Of a DNA stretch of 64,000 bases, positions 43,201 through 55,319 are shown piece after piece. The stretch is taken from the NCBI RefSeq assembly GCF_009914755.1, contig NC_060926.1. The stretch is one strand, 5' to 3'. Origin of the DNA: the human T2T-CHM13v2.0 reference genome, Homo sapiens. The translations under genes and the position numbers were made by a program. The notes under the pieces were generated by a model that worked only from the letters and a program-made list of their open reading frames with translations, had not been told where the DNA came from and ran no database searches. Position 1 is the first letter of the stretch. Every line of letters begins with the position of its first letter.

Positions 43201-45374
43201 TAACAGATATTTACTGCCTTATTTATTTTTGTATTCTCAGAATCTAATACACTACTCGTCAAGTAACAGAGAATGAATAATTGTTGTTATAATGAATGAA
43301 TGTTCAGATGTCACTTTTTCTCATTGCTTGGGTTCTTAGATGCATTTTAGAAAGTGAACTTTCTTAAATAAATGTCTGCTATATAAGAGAGGTGTTATTT
43401 TAATTATTCCGTAGTTGATGCGGTAGCTTTTTGAGAAGTAAAAGTCACTACATTAACCTATTGGAAGTAAAGCATCTTATAAGTAAGTCAATGTTGTTTT
43501 AAATCCGATTTTGTAATTCTGAGGTTTATGAGTGCTTTGATTTAGTAATTATTCACAAATAGTTTGCTTAAGTTGCTAAAACTCTGCATCATTATTCATG
43601 TCATCTCCCCATACCCCTTGCCCAAGTTAAAAATAAAGCAATGTCAGGATAATAAAAGCTGTGACAGGGAAAAATGAAAAATAAAGCAAACATCTCTTCT
43701 TATTGCATGCATGGTATTAAATCAGGGTTGCCACTTCAAATAGTGACCAGTACTGTGCAAGAGCTATGGAGAGTGTGCTTATTTTCTTTGTCCTCTGGAG
43801 CCTCCTTTTTCGTTTGTTTCAGGCATTTTATTGAACACCACACCTAAAATTCAGGCATCCAGCATGCTTTCTTAAATGTGATGATTTATGTTGGGTGATG
43901 CATGCCCCCAACTAATCCAGTTAAGGGTGACTTAATTAAGAGGATAAAATTTGCCTGTGCTTTTCTGCTTCTAGCATTCACATTACAGCATTCACATATT
44001 TGCATTTCCTGCAAAAACACAGGCAGAAAAAAAGACAAATCACAGAGCCTTAAATTTGAAAGTGACCTGCGAGTTCATCAGTGCTACCCTTCCAAGTCCA
44101 AAGAATTCACTTCTAGGCCAAAATTTTAATGTGTTAATGTGTGATGTGGCTTAAAATACTTGGACTATTCAACAGCAGCTATATTCCTCTCACAAAAAGG
44201 GTAGCAAGTTGCAGATATATGACTCTTTACATAATGTTTGCCCAAGTAAACAGATACAGAACTACTGTCCCCATTACATCATTGAAGTACTTTCTGAGAA
44301 AGCAACCAGCATGAGTTTTATTAATGGTTTAGAGCTACATTACATCAGTAGTCAAACTTTTAATACTTAAATTATTCTAAATTTTGTTTTATTTTTATTA
44401 CTTGGTGTCTGTTTTTTTCACTAGGCATATAAAAATTCTTGACATTTAAAAACATAGTTTCTTATGTATTTCTTTAGATTATTTGTGAATACTGTTAATA
44501 TATAATACATATATATTTTGTAATAAAAGCAAGGTTTTTTTGTATGTAATAAATGTAAAGGTAATATTCTTCTTTCTTCATGCAACTGCTTACATTTTTA
44601 ATTATTTCTTTTATTTGTGAACTTGGACAAGAGATGTAAGATTTCTCAAACTGCCAGTCACATTTTACTTCAATATTCATGTTTTTTTGAAATGGCAAAA
44701 CCCCTTAGGGCTGTGTGATTTTCACTCATGTATGTATTGAAAGTTCATAGCCAAATACAACTGAATAAATCATGGAGCACATTTTCTCTCCATGCCTGAG
44801 AACTGCAAATGGCTATAGGTCAATTGCTGAAAGGTCTTGTCTTCATCTCATATGTCTTGTTTGTAATTTGTTTTTCATTTATTCCATGTGTGCACAATTC
44901 AGTTTGCATTTGCTTGTTATTTACATGTTTTTTGGTTGTCCTCAAAGTTTGCTTTAATATAAGGAGGAACTATTCTAGTTTGACTCTGCCTTTCTAAATG
45001 TCCTGACCAAGGTTTATTAACATGCATGTGTCTTACCTCATAAGAGCCACTATCCTAAATTTCCAGGCCAAGGAGTGGGGAGTAATTGTTTACATACTGC
45101 CTTCATTACCTGTTCTACTCATACCCAAATGAATATTAACATATATAGCATAATATTGAATTAACTCATATCCAAAATTAATATAGCTTAATATTCCTTT
45201 GGATAATTTTTAGAGTTAATATTGGATGTGAGTTAATTTTGGATTAACTCATATCCAAATAGGAGATCATGGCTAAGCTAAGAAACATCTTCAAATATAG
45301 CAATTTTAATTACTTAATAGTTATACTTTTTTTCTCCAATGATGCAGAAAAAATTTTGCTGCTTGATGAAATTC

Positions 45375-45406
45375 TTCATTTGATCTTAGCCAAAAGGCTA
45401 AGCAAT
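45375..45406 (-). pseudogene. U2 snRNA 5' fragment (3'-truncated retrocopy)
   Basis: ttgatcttagccaaaaggc (45380-45398) is the exact reverse complement of U2 GCCTTTTGGCTAAGATCAA; the following aagcaat resembles the U2 5' terminus (AAGCGAT in reverse). Confidence 0.75.
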
Positions 45407-46729
45407 TATTTGGAAAAATTCTGTAAAGAAAGAGGAGATGAAATCTAAGGGAAGAATAATATTTCTAAAGTTTAAAATAGTAATGATTTCAAATAACCAA
45501 AAAAGAGATAGCTTATTTTGAAAGTGGAGAATTTATAATAAAAAAAAAAAGAGAATGTCATAGTCAAATGCTTTAAAAGTAAAGACAAGAGTTACTTGGC
45601 CAGATATTCTAAATGAATTAAGTGTAATATTAACTTTTGAAGATTGACCAGAAATAGGTCCAACTTTTCTGATCTTACTTTCATTAATCCATGCAAAAAA
45701 AATCCTGAGTGGAAAATTGTGTATGCTTAATACCTAATCAAATAGAGATAAACTGACAGCCATTACTTAAAAATCCACAGTGCTCTACAAAAAAAAATTT
45801 CCTTTAACTTTATCCAATAACTGTTTTATATTATTCAAGATTAATTTTAGATTTTAAAGTTTGCTGTGTTTGTATATATTTTGAAATATTCCTTTACTGA
45901 GTAACTGTGGGAATTTTGGGGCAATAATAAAAATTTATATGAATGGTCTGACATGATGGACAATGAATAGAACACTTAAACTGAAACTTCTCTAGAACAT
46001 TAGGACAGAGAAAGCCTCCCAATCACTTTCAAGTAACAAGAAACATCTCAATTTGCAAAGTAAAGAATTGTGAGTAATCTACATTACCAGAATTGTGGGT
46101 GGCTGATTAAGTCAGCCCGTGCTAAGATCACCGTTTTCAACGCGTGTTCTCTATACTATAAGCAGTCTGTGCTGGGACAACAGACTGGAGGAAGGTAGTG
46201 GGCAAACTCAGGGGCATTTTGGTAATGAAAGCTGACCTGCTCCAGTGAAACCTGTTCTGTTTCAGCAAGAGAAGTCTCTAGTATGTTTTCTATGTTAATC
46301 TCTCTCACAAAGTGGCAGAAGGCATTGACATGCTATTGCCAAGAATGCCAGGTGTATATGGCTAGAACAGGGATGTGAGGAAGAATTGAGATGATTAGTT
46401 GCATTAGAACCGGACCCTTTTGTCCTACTAAAGTGACAGATCCTCATTTTAGTGTGTGGCCCCAGTGCAGATAACCTGCTTCTCTGGGGATGTATATGTT
46501 TCTTCCTAAATGCATGTGATTACGTACATGTCTACTATTTGTACAAATGTAGTGGATGCTAATGAAAATATTTTTCATGGAGTAATTAAACATCATTTGG
46601 GGAAGCTGGTCAGATTCAGGGAAAGAGAGAGAGCTTGTGTAAATTCATATGCCTCTTAGGGTCTGAAGTGCCTTATGATCATCACAGTCCTGAGACAGGG
46701 GCAAAGGTACCTAGTTAAGCTGATAAAAC

Positions 46730-47371
46730 TTTTTTTTTTTTTTAATTTTAAGTTCTGGGATATGTGTGCTGAACATGCAGGTTTGTTACATAGGTATACA
46801 TGTGCCATGGTGGTTTGCTGCACCTGTCAACCCATCATCTAGGTTTTAAGCCCCGCATGCATTAGGTATTCGTCTTAATGCTCTCCCCACCCTTGCCCCC
46901 CATACCACGACAGGCCCTGGTGGGTGATATTCCCCTCCCTGTGTCCATGTGTTCTCATTGTTCAACTCCCACTTATGAGTGAGAACATGCAGTGTTTGGT
47001 TTTCTATTCCTGTGTTCGTTTGCTGAGGATGATGGTTTCCAGCTTCATCCACGTCCCTGTGAAGGACATGAACTCATTCTTTTTTATGGCTGCATAGTAT
47101 TCCATGGTGTACGTGTGCCACATTTTCTTTATCCGGTCTATAATTGATGGGCATTTGGGTTGGTTCCAAGTCTTTGCTATTGTGAATAGTGCTGCAATAA
47201 ACATACGTGTGCATGTGTCTTTATAGTAGAATGATTTATAATCCTTTGGGATCAATCCTTTATACCCAGTAATGAGATTGCTGGGTTGAATGGTATTTCT
47301 GGTTCTAGATCCTTGAGGAATCACCACACTGTCTTTCACTATGGTTGAACTAATTTACACTCCCACCAACA
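46730..47371 (-). mobile_element. L1PA (L1PA8-like) 3' end
   Basis: Poly-T, ctaggttttaagccccgcatgcattagg, ORF2 C-terminal peptide CTRMFIAALFTIAKTWNQPKCP. Confidence 0.93.
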
Positions 47372-48382
47372 GGTTCAGATTACATATTTAAATAAAATGA
47401 AAGAGAAGAAACTATTTTTTTCATTGTTGTTGACACAAAATGTGATTACTTACTGTCCTTGTGAAAAGATACCAACTTTCTGGATAAGGCCTGCTGGTAT
47501 GTCTGTAGATGAGATGCAAAAAATATGATAAACGTCAATGGGCAGCTCCCTCATCTGTCCATTTCTTGGACTCTTACCTACACAAATGAATTAGTTAATT
47601 AAAAGATCTGGCATATTACAAGCTAATGTTGGAAACTGTACCTGGATCAGTACCCATCAGAAATCAAAATGAGTACACTTCAAGGATTCTAGGGGCAGAA
47701 TTTCCACAGACAATTCAGTGCTGCTGCTTCTCTTATTACCTTACCTTTCCCCTGCACCCCATTGTTATTTTCATGCAATTCTCTCTGCAAGTACTAACCA
47801 AAACTGAGGACAATTATTTTGAAAATGAAAATAGGATACTTTGGCAACTTAGGGTGTTAAACATATCTCTCTTCTGAGCTTCTTAGAGTTTGAGCTGAAA
47901 GACTGGAAATATGAAAAATTCTACTTTATTAAAATCCTGGCTTTAGGGCTTTTCTTTTGAATGAAACACCACCTCAGTGGAAAGTATTAATATTGAGTTA
48001 GATGTATAGGCTTTGGAACGTAGTAGTTATAATGGTACCAATCATTTATTAAATTTGTATTGTCTACTTGACACATTGTATCATTTATCTTCAGAGCAAT
48101 TCTACAAGTCGGTGCTTTTATTATCTTCTACCTTATATAGGTGAGGAACTTTCTAAGGCTTAGAAAGTTGAAATAATTCATCCAAGTTTACATTACTGAT
48201 GGAATGCTTATTTCAACAAGAGTGTCCACATTCTGAACCACTAAATTATGTTGTCTCTGTTCCACCAAAATTCCTAATTTCATACTGCTTGTGTTGGAAA
48301 GTGTGTTAATTGACTTCTACTTACCTGTGAATTGCTGAATGTAATCTCTGAGTAATTAACATCCTTGTTTTTCTGCCTGTAG

Positions 48383-49193
48383 GTCCGTGGGGAAGGTGTA
48401 CAGGAGACTGTGGTCCCGGAGGAGTCCAGAGTCGGGCAGTGTGGTGTTTTCATGTTGACGGGTGGACAAGTCACCTGTCTAACTGTGGTGAGAGCAACAG
48501 GCCTCCAAAGGAAAGAAGTTGTTTCCGAGTTTGTGACTGGCACAGTGACCTCTTTCAGTGGGAGGTTTCTGACTGGCACCACTGTGTGCTTGTTCCTTAC
48601 GCTCGCGGTGAAGTCAAGCCTCGGACTGCAGAGTGTGTGACGGCTCAGCATGGACTGCAGCACCGGATGGTGCGCTGCATTCAGAAGCTGAACCGAACTG
48701 TGGTTGCAAATGAAATATGCGAACACTTTGCCCTTCAGCCTCCTACAGAACAGGCTTGCCTCATTCCTTGTCCCCGGGATTGTGTAGTATCTGAGTTCTT
48801 ACCATGGTCCAACTGTAGCAAGGGATGTGGGAAGAAATTGCAGCATAGAACTCGCGCGGTCATAGCTCCCCCTCTCTTTGGTGGTTTGCAATGTCCAAAT
48901 CTGACTGAGTCAAGAGCCTGTGATGCTCCCATTTCCTGTCCTCTTGGGGAAGAGGAATATACATTTAGCCTTAAGGTTGGACCATGGAGTAAATGCAGAC
49001 TGCCTCATCTTAAAGAAATTAATCCAAGCGGAAGAACTGTTCTGGATTTTAACTCTGATTCAAATGAGCGAGTCACCTTTAAACATCAAAGTTACAAAGC
49101 ACATCATCATTCGAAGTCTTGGGCAATAGAGATAGGTTATCAAACCCGGCAGGTTTCGTGTACAAGAAGTGATGGACAAAATGCTATGTTAAG
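48383..49193 (+). CDS. THSD7B: Large internal coding exon (811 bp) of thrombospondin type-1 domain-containing protein 7B, encoding N-terminal TSP1 repeats
   Basis: Acceptor ccttgtttttctgcctgtAG (AG 48381-48382) and donor AAG|GTAGGA (GT 49194-49195). One open frame across the exon: (G)PWGRCTGDCGPGGVQSRAVWC...WSNCSKGCGKKLQHRTRAV...GPWSKC...GYQTRQVSCTRSDGQNAML(S), with WxxCxxxCG and QxRxRx TSP1 motifs; CpGs are retained relative to the introns. Gene name is from recognition of the protein sequence (THSD7A/B family, B-type). The GTG start in the ORF track at 48439 is not a real start. Confidence 0.95.
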
Positions 49194-50597
49194 GTAGGAG
49201 ACCTTTGATGCTTGAATTTGATTCACCTAAAATATTTTATAGTGCAACTTTATAAAGCTTCTTTATGATTTTCTACAAAGCGAAAATGGCAACGAGGTTT
49301 ATAATTTAGGTTTTTAGAAGTTTCATGTAAGAAATTTTTAATTTCACTGGGAGGTTTTCAAAATTGCATAGTTTAGACCAAGCAGTGTTCTAGCATTCTT
49401 GTGTGATTAGTAATGCAATTATATATATAGGATAAGTCATATATTTCCACATTTTATCAAGACAGTAACTAGTATAAAAATAGATCTGCCATTACAACAG
49501 TGATAGAAGACTAAGGGGCTTCTCATAATGATAAAAATTCAAGTTCAATTTCAAATGTGGGATATGAATTATGTAAATATTTTTGTTTTTCAGAACATTT
49601 GTCCTTTAAAATTTTATTTTTGTTTTTATTTGTTTACTTTTGTTTCCACTGTTATCAACATTCTTTGACATCTGTGTTGTACATTTTTTATACTAGCAAT
49701 AATACCGAAAAGTTGTTCCAAGAGTGCTTTCTTTGGCGTTATTTTGATACAGGTATTAACTTGCGCAAGCAGTAATTAGAATGACGTACTGGAGAAGAAA
49801 TAAACTATTAAAGCAACAGCTTAGGTTTCAAATTTATGCTTGTTTTATTTTAAATTGTAGTCTAAAACATCATGACATAAACTCACAGAAATATATTGAA
49901 AGTAGTATTTGTTTAATTTTACCTCAGAGGGTCTTAAATGAAGCATTTGTGTATTACTAAGTTTCTTCCAAATTAAGATGCCTTTCAATAGTACTTAAAT
50001 TACCAAACAACATAATGCTTGTCTTTAGAATTAATCATTCTCATCAGTTGCTGCCTTCTTGGGATCCACAGCTGACCAGGAGATGCCCAGAAGACTACCA
50101 CTGTTGTTTATGAACAAAGTAATGTGATGATTGTTTTTTTTTCCATTTGACTTCACAAATGAGTATATTTTATCCTTGATACTTCATTCTGATTTGTGCC
50201 ATATGAAATTAGCAAGTCCACTGAAGAGTGATTTGCAGCTTTTTATTGCCTACTTCTTTGAAGTCCAGATTAAGCAAAAGATTCATGCAATTTGTTTGAA
50301 TGTGTGTGGGGTTGTGTAAATACATTGTTTTCTTAATATTCCGTACTGTATTGCTGAAGTGAGCATTACATAGAATCTTTTCATTTTGTTTGTGCATTTT
50401 TGCAGTGTTTTTCTTTTTTTAATAGACTTGATTTTTCAGATCAATTTTTAAATTTTCAGAAAAAATGAGTGAAAGTACTGAGTTCCTGTATACTCCCTGT
50501 CTCCAACATATAGTTTTTTCCTATTATTAACATCTTGCATTCATGTGATAGTTTCATAAACAAACATTTCATAGTTACATACACAAACATTGAGTGC

Positions 50598-50957
50598 ATA
50601 ACACAGTTCAAATTGTGTTCCCCTCCCCAAATTTATGTATCGAAATTCTAACCATGAGTGTAATGTTTTTAGGAGGCATGGGGCCTTTGGGAGGTAATTA
50701 TGTCGTGATGATGCAGTTCTCATAGATGGGATTAGTGCGCCATGAGAGCTTCCTCTCACTCTTTTTCTGCCATTTGAGGATACAATGTGAAGTCAGCAGT
50801 CTGCAAGCCAGAAGAGAGAACCCACCAGAATGTGACTATGCTGGTACCCTGGTCTCAGACTTCCAGCCTCTAGAACTGTGAGAAATAGATTTCTGTTGTT
50901 TTTTAAGCCATCCAGCTTCTGGTACTTTGTTATAGCAGCTTGAATTGCCGAAGACTA
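50598..50957 (+). mobile_element. MLT1A-type LTR
   Basis: ggggcctttgggaggtaatta...gacttccagcctctagaactgtgagaaatagatttctgttg...ctttgttatagcagc. Confidence 0.85.
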
Positions 50958-51298
50958 ACTGTTATAAAAATAAATACCATAGTTTGGGAATTTAAATGAG
51001 AAATTTATTTCCACAGTTCTGGAGGCTGGAAAGTCCAAATTCAAGGTGTGTCTTGATTTAGTTCGTGATGAAGGTTGTCTTCTTGTCTTAAAGATGGCCA
51101 TCTTCTTGCTGTGTCCTCACATGGTGGGGGAGAGAGAGAAAAAAAGAGAGCACTCTATGTCTCTTCTTATAAGGTCACCAATCCTATCACAAGGGCTCCA
51201 CTCTCATGACCTGATTACATTAGAAATTTCCCATATTCAAAATGGAGGTTAGAGTTTCAACATTTGAATTTTGGAGGAACACAATTCAGTGTGCAGCA
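50958..51298 (-). mobile_element. MLT1A-type LTR in opposite orientation
   Basis: aaatttatttccacagttctggaggctggaaagtccaa...gaattttggaggaacacaattcag. Confidence 0.85.
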
Positions 51299-54200
51299 GG
51301 TACATTGGTTACAATTGATGAGCTAATATTGATATATTACTGTTAATAAAGACTATAGTTTACATTAGGATTCATCCTTTGTATTGTACATTCTATTGGT
51401 TTGACAAATGAATAATGACATGGATCCACAATTACGGTATCATACAGAGTAGTTTTACTCCCCTAAGTATCCCTTCTACTCTATTTACTCATCCTTCCCT
51501 CTCTCCCTGAGAACCCCTGGCAACTACTGACCATTTTACTGACTGTCCCCAAAGTTTTGCCTTTTTAAAAAATGTTATATAGTTAGAATTATATATGTAG
51601 CTTTTTCTGGTTGACTTATTTCACTTTGCAATACGCATTTAAGTTTGTTCCATGTCTGTTTGTGACTTGGTAGCTTATTTCTTTTTATCACTGAATAATA
51701 TTCCATTTTGTGGTACTATAGTTTGTTCATTCACCTACTGAAGTACATCTTGGTTGCTATCAAGTTTTGGCAATTTTGAATAAAGCTGCTATAAAAGTTT
51801 ATGTGTGTAATTTTTTGTGAACATAGGTTTTCAAGTCATTTGGGTTAATATCAAGTAGTGCAATTGCTGTATGGTATAGCAAGAGTATGTTTAGTTTTGT
51901 AAGAAACTGCCCAGCTGTCTTCCAGAATGGCTGTGCCACTTTGCAATGCCACCAGCAATTAGTGGAAGTTCTATTTTGTCACATCACTGGGATTTGTTGT
52001 CAGTATTTTGGAGTTTTGCCATTCGAATAGGTGTGTAATGGTATCTCATTGTTTTAAATTGCGATTCCTTAATGACATGTGATGCTGAACATCTTTTCAT
52101 ACACTTGCTTGCCATCTGTATATATTATTTGATAAGGTGTCTATTCAGATGTTTTGTCTATTTTTTAATTGAGTTGTTTTCTTATTGTTGAATTTTAAGA
52201 GTTATTTGTATATTTTGGATACCAGTCCTTTATCAGATATGTGTTTTGCAAATATTTTTGACAGTCTATGATTTGTGTTTTCATTTTCTTGATGGTGTTG
52301 TTCACAGAGAAAATATTTTTAATTTTAATGAAGTCCAACTTCTCAATATTTTTTCAAGGATCTTTTTTTTTTGGTGTTGTTTAAAAATATCACTAAACCC
52401 AAAGTCAACTCAATTTTTCTCTTATATTTTCTTCTACGAGTTGCATAATTTTGTTTATTATATTTAGGTCTATCATTCATTTTGAGGTTTTTTGGTGAAA
52501 GGTATAGGGTCTATGTCTGCATTCTTTTTAAAAAAGATTATTATATGTTCAGTTGTTCCAGCACCATTTATTGTAAAGAATATCTTTTCTCTATTGAGTT
52601 ACCTATGCTTTTTTGACAAAGATCAATTGACTATGTTGATATGAGTCTGTTCTATGCCTTCAATTTTTATTCTATTTTACTATCTATTATTTGTTAGTAA
52701 CACAATGTTTTGAGTAATGTAGTTTTATAGTAAATTGTAAAGCAGAGAAGTGTCAGTCTTCCTATTTTTTTTCTTCCTATGTGTTGTCTGCAGTGAATCT
52801 TTTGCTTTTTCATATAAACTTTGGAACTACTTTTTGATATCCACAAAATAACTTCCAAGATTTTGATTGGGATTGCATGTAATGGAAGATCAATTTGGGA
52901 AGAACTAATATATTGATAATACTGAGTCATCCTATTCTGGTACATAGGATATCTCTCCATTTATTTAATTCTTGTTTATTTTGTCAGGGTCTTGGAGGGT
53001 TTTTTAAAAAAAATATATCTTGTACATATTGTGTCAGATTTAGATTAATTTACCTTTTTTGGTGCTAACATAAATGGTATTGTGTTTTTAATTTCATATT
53101 GCAATTGTGCATTGCTGGTATAATAAGAAAACCGTTAACTTTTTATATTAACCTTGCATCCTGCAACTTTGTTATAGTCACTTATTATCCAGAGATTTTC
53201 ATTGCTGTAGTTGTTGATTTTTTGAGATTACTTACATAAATAAGCATGTCAGCATGTCATCTGCAAAAAAAAAAGGAAAAATTATTGCTTTCTTTCCAAT
53301 CTGAATATGTTTTCTTTATTTTATTTTCTTGTCTTCATTAGCCAAGACTTCCAGTACAATGTTATACAGGAGTGATGAGAAAGGACATTCTTTTTTTTTT
53401 GTACTGGGAAAGAAATCTATGCTGTCACCATTAAGTGTTTTGTTAGCTATAGGTTTTTTTTTTTTGTAGGTGTTTTGATCAAGTCAAGGAAGTTCCCCTT
53501 CATTCTTAGTTTTCTGAGAATTTTCCTTATAAATAATCATTAGATTTTGTTAAATATTTTTTCTGCCTCTATTGATCTGATTATATGATTTTTGTTCATT
53601 AGCCTGTTTATGTTATGGATTACATTAATTGATTTTCAAATGTTGAACCAGCCTTGTGTATGTGGAATAAATCCCACTTAGCTGCGACGTAAATTCCTTT
53701 TACATAGTGTTGGATTTGACTTGCTAGTATTTTATTGAGACTTATTTCATGTATGTTTATGAGAAATGTTGATCTTTGTTGTCCTTACTTGTAATGTCTT
53801 TGTTGTGATGTTAGGGTAATGCTGCCCTCTTCGAATGAATTGGAAAGTATTTTCTGTGCTTTCATTTTCTGAAAGAAATTGTTGAGAATTGGTATAATTT
53901 TTCCCTTGAATGTTTGGTAGTGAACCCTCTGGACCTCATGCTTTCTGATTTGGAAAGTTACTAAATACTGGTTTAATTTCTTTTAACAGATTTAGGACTA
54001 TTCGTATCATCGATTTCTCTTTGTGTGTTTTGCTAGATTTTGTCTTTCAAGGAATTGGCTCATTTCATCTAGATTATCAAATTTAGGGACATAGAGTTGT
54101 TCATAATATCCCTTTTTCCTTTTAATAGCTATGGGATTATTAATGATTACCCTTCTTAAGTTTCCAGTATTAATAATTTGTATCCTCTCTTTTTTTTCCT

Positions 54201-55319
54201 AACCTGGCTAGAGGTTCATTAATTTTATCAGTGCTTTTAAAAACCAGCTTTTGGTTTTGTTGATTTTTTTCTATTGATTTTTTTTCTAATTTCATTGATT
54301 TTGACTCTGATTTTATTATTTCTTTTCTTCTGCTTACTTTAGATTTAATTGCTCTTCTTTTTCTAGTTTCCTAAGGTGGAAACTTAGGTTACTCATTTGA
54401 GATCTCTCTTCTTTACTATTAGATGCATTCAATTTCCTCAAGCCCTTTCTCTTTGTTCCACAAATTCTGATAATTTGCATTATTTTCATGTAGTTCTAAA
54501 TATTTTTGCATTTCTCTTGAGATTTTCTTGATCCATGTGTTATTTAAGAGTGTCTTGTTTAATCTCTATATATTTTGGGGTTCTCTATTTTGTTATTAAT
54601 TTTAGTTTAATTCCATTGTGTCCTGGGAGCATATGTTGTATGATTTCTATTCTTTTAGATTTGTTAAGGTGTGTTTCATGGCCCAGAAATATGGCTTATC
54701 TTGAATATTTTATGTGAACTCGAGAAGAATGTGTGTACTCTGCTGTAGTTGGATAAAATATTCTATAAATGTCAATTATATCCAGTTGATTGATGGTGCT
54801 GTTCAGTTCAACTATGTTCTTACTGATGTTATTCCTGATGGATCTGTCGATTACTAGAGAGGAGTGTTGAGGTCTCCAAAAACAATACAAATTTTGTCTA
54901 TTTGCAGTTATAACAGACCTTGCCTCATAGATTTTGACACTCTGTTGTTAGATAATACATATTAATGACTGCTATATCTTATTGGAGAAATAATCTCTTT
55001 ATTATTATGTAATGCCCACCCCCACCTTAATCCCTGACAATTTTCTTTGCTCTAAATTCTCCATTGTCTGGAATTATGATACCTACTCCACCTTTTTTTG
55101 ATTAATGCTAGCATAGTATATCTATGCTTACTGACAAAAAGTGTATTCATCTGTCTTGTAGATAACATATAATTGGATGCTGTTTATTATTCACTCTGAC
55201 AGTCTGTCTTTTAATTAGTGTATTTAGATCATTTATGCTTAAAGTGATCATCAATACAATTGTATTAATATTTACTGTGGTCATTATTTTTCATTTATTG
55301 TCCTTGTTCTTTGCTCCTT

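Noticed and set aside
47238-47265. Micro-duplication aatccttt in the L1PA (similar small ones near 42683, 53243, 58950, 59575)
   Set aside because: Ordinary slippage-scale indels; no shared pattern.
48280-49129. Overlapping ORFs in other frames and on the minus strand of the exon
   Set aside because: Shadows of the real coding frame; no independent motifs or starts.
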